Below are positions 62,069 through 64,000 of a DNA stretch of 64,000 nucleotides, in pieces (within the stretch, counting starts at the first letter, position 1; the number at the start of each line of letters is the position of its first letter). The translations under genes and the position numbers were made by a program. The DNA is from Nitrospirota bacterium (GTDB taxonomy: Bacteria; Nitrospirota; UBA9217), in the NCBI GenBank assembly GCA_963751455.1, contig CAVVUN010000015.1:972304-1036303 (forward strand). The letters run 5' to 3'. The notes under the pieces were generated by a model, which worked only from the letters and a program-made list of their open reading frames with translations, was not told where the DNA came from and ran no database searches.

Positions 62069-63224
62069 ATGATCATCCAAAACACCTGCACTGCTGAAAC
62101 TCTCTTTTCAAACGAACGTTTTTCCGTAACGTACCGTTTATTCGGAAACGAGAAGGAAGCACGCACAAAAGCCGCGGACATCTGCATCGAGCAGACAGTC
62201 GAATTTCCGGCGGAAGAGGTGCCGGCAGGGGTCATCAGGGACCACATTTTCGGAAGAGTAGAATCGTTCGAAAAATACGATCCGGAAAGTTATAAAGCCG
62301 TTATCAGCTATGCAGTTGAGATTGCAGCCGGCGAGTTGACCCAATTTATGAACGTGGTGTTCGGAAACAGCAGCATAAAGCCGGGTATCCGCGTGGAGCA
62401 TCTTGATCTGCCCGATTCGATGCTTCGCCGATTCAAAGGACCCCGCTTTGGCAGAGAGGGGCTGCGGCGATTACTCAATATACCGAAGCGGCCGCTCCTT
62501 TCAACCGCTCTCAAGCCGATGGGACTTTCGTGCAGGGAACTTGCAGAACTGGCATACAAGTTCGCACTCGGCGGGATGGACATCATCAAGGATGATCACG
62601 GGCTGACTGACCAATGCTGTTCACCCTTTAAGGAACGCGTCAAGCTCTGCAGCCGAGGCCGTTCAGCGGGCGAGTGAGGAAACCGGATATAGATCACTAT
62701 ATGTAGCAAACATAACCGGGCCGAGCCGGGAATACTGCAGCGTGCGAGGATCGCAAGGGAGTCTGGAGCGGGCGGCCTCATGGTTGCGCCGGGACTGATC
62801 GGTATGGACCTTATGCGCGAAGCTTGTGGACGACGACACAATCAACCTGCCCATCCTGACCCATCCGGCTCTCCAGGGAAGCTTTGTGACCGGCCGGAAC
62901 GGCATATCGCATGGTGTTCTCTTCGGTCAGCTTGCCCGCCTGGCAGGAGCGGATGTCACGATTTTTCCTAACTTCGGCGGCAGGTTTTCGTTCAGTAGGG
63001 AGGAATGCAGGGAAATTGTGCTGGCAACGGAATCTTCCATGGGAAATCTGAAATCTATCTTCCCCGCGCCCGGCGGCGGTATGAGCCTTGAGAGAGTCCC
63101 GGAAATGATCGGCACTTACGGTAAGGAAGTGATATTCCTGATAGGCGGCGGGCTTTTCAAGCACGGGCCGGATTTGATCGAGAACTGCAGCTTCTTCAGG
63201 AAGATGATGGATAAAATTAATTAA
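62069..63224 (+). pseudogene. Form IV RuBisCO-like protein (RLP), about 3 frame changes
   Basis: FGNSSIKPGIRVEHLDLP...FKGPRFG...RPLLSTALKPMGLS...GGMDIIKDDHGLTDQ / AEAVQRASEETGYRSLYVANITGPSRE / ILQRARIARESGAGGLMVAPGLIGMDLMRE / LVDDDTINLPILTHPALQGSF...PAPGGGMS...LIGGGLF. Breaks near 62650, 62732, 62822. Confidence 0.8.
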
Positions 63225-63437
63225 GACGACTTGACCTCCTGTCGGTATTTGCATTGTCAACCCCTCAAGTTTTCCGTAATTCCTTCAATAAAATATGCTA
63301 TTTATTTGATATTTTCTGCTTTATTAATAAAAGAAAGTGTCTATAATGCCTTAGCCTGCAGAAGAGTTATGGCGTGCTCGAAATACGGGATGGAATACGG
63401 ATTTATTTCAGCTTGCATGGCAAGGAGGTGAGCCGGA

Positions 63438-64000
63438 TTGCCGAAGGGTAACATTCTCGTCGTGGAAGACAGCAAGGTTGTAGGGTCAAAAACAAAAATG
63501 TTTCTTGAAAAAAGCGGTTATCAGGTGACCTGGGTCGTTGAAGGATTATCGGCATTTCGTGTAGCCAAGAGCGAATCGATAGACGTTATTCTGCTCGACC
63601 GCGTCTTGCCTGACATGGATGGAATTACAATTTGCAGACTGCTAAAACAGGATGAGGCAACAAAGACAATACCGATCATCATGCTCACGGCTATGAACAC
63701 CACTGAAGAGAAAGTTAAGGGATTGGAAGCGGGGGCCGATGACTATCTTCCCAAACCTTATGAGGATGTAGAACTGAACGCGCGCGTATACGCCGCATTG
63801 AGAACAAAACAGCTCAGTGACGAACTGAGACGCAAAAACGATGCATTAACCGAAACACTCGCTAAAGTGGAGACGCTTTCTGTTACGGACCCGTTGACGG
63901 GCCTCTTCAACCGAAGGCGGTTCGAGGAAGTGCTGGATCTTGAATTTAAGAAGTCCAGCAGGTACCATACGCCTCTCAGCCTTATGATGATCGATATCGA
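63438..64000 (+). CDS. Response regulator-diguanylate cyclase (REC + start of GGDEF domain); 3' end outside the window
   Basis: TTG 63438 after aaggagg. ILVVEDS...ILLDRVLPDMDG...ADDYLPKPY REC motifs, then LSVTDPLTGLFNRRRFEE typical of the GGDEF N-terminal region. Absent from the ORF track because there is no stop in the window. Confidence 0.8.
   Translation, partial: MPKGNILVVEDSKVVGSKTKMFLEKSGYQVTWVVEGLSAFRVAKSESIDVILLDRVLPDMDGITICRLLKQDEATKTIPIIMLTAMNTTEEKVKGLEAGADDYLPKPYEDVELNARVYAALRTKQLSDELRRKNDALTETLAKVETLSVTDPLTGLFNRRRFEEVLDLEFKKSSRYHTPLSLMMIDI

Overview
Bacterial chromosomal window, mid-GC by eye, from a lineage I cannot identify from sequence alone. About 34 kb (6.1-40.1 kb, all + strand) is the conserved translation/transcription core. 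It runs tRNA(Thr-Tyr-Gly-Thr)-tuf, rpmG-tRNA(Trp)-secE-nusG-rplKAJL-rpoBC, rpsL-rpsG-fusA-tuf, then the S10, spc and alpha operons through rplQ. Upstream lie the 3' end of a class III phaC, a reductase, a thiolase, a stand-alone LigD-type phosphoesterase, cysS and rlmB. Downstream (40-64 kb) is accessory DNA. It holds two paralogous sensor kinases plus a REC-GAF-HD-GYP regulator, a membrane protein, a porin-like OMP, folD plus a cyclohydrolase-like gene, a Zn-finger thioredoxin, and two hsp20 genes behind a perfect CIRCE operator. It continues with a PgaC/PgaA-like exopolysaccharide pair, rtcA, two orphan ORFs, a co-directional block (B12-type radical SAM, MFS transporter, split transketolase, form IV RuBisCO-like protein), and the start of a REC-GGDEF regulator. 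Four things deserve a second look. (1) The radical SAM-to-RLP block needs about 17 frame changes in 6 kb to read through, versus 3 in the remaining 58 kb. Its gene combination (RLP directly after a split transketolase) matches no pathway I recognise. (2) The second sensor kinase has a periplasmic CxxCH heme-c motif, and its phospho-acceptor His, N-box Asn and G2 box are all replaced. (3) A 59-bp tandem repeat carrying SD/anti-SD-like hairpins sits between rplN and rplX. (4) A family of AT-rich imperfect palindromes fills the spacers of the ribosomal operons. Single frame breaks in the core translation genes rplA and fusA lie in homopolymer runs and are most simply sequence errors. No CRISPR array, transposase, integrase or rRNA gene was seen.
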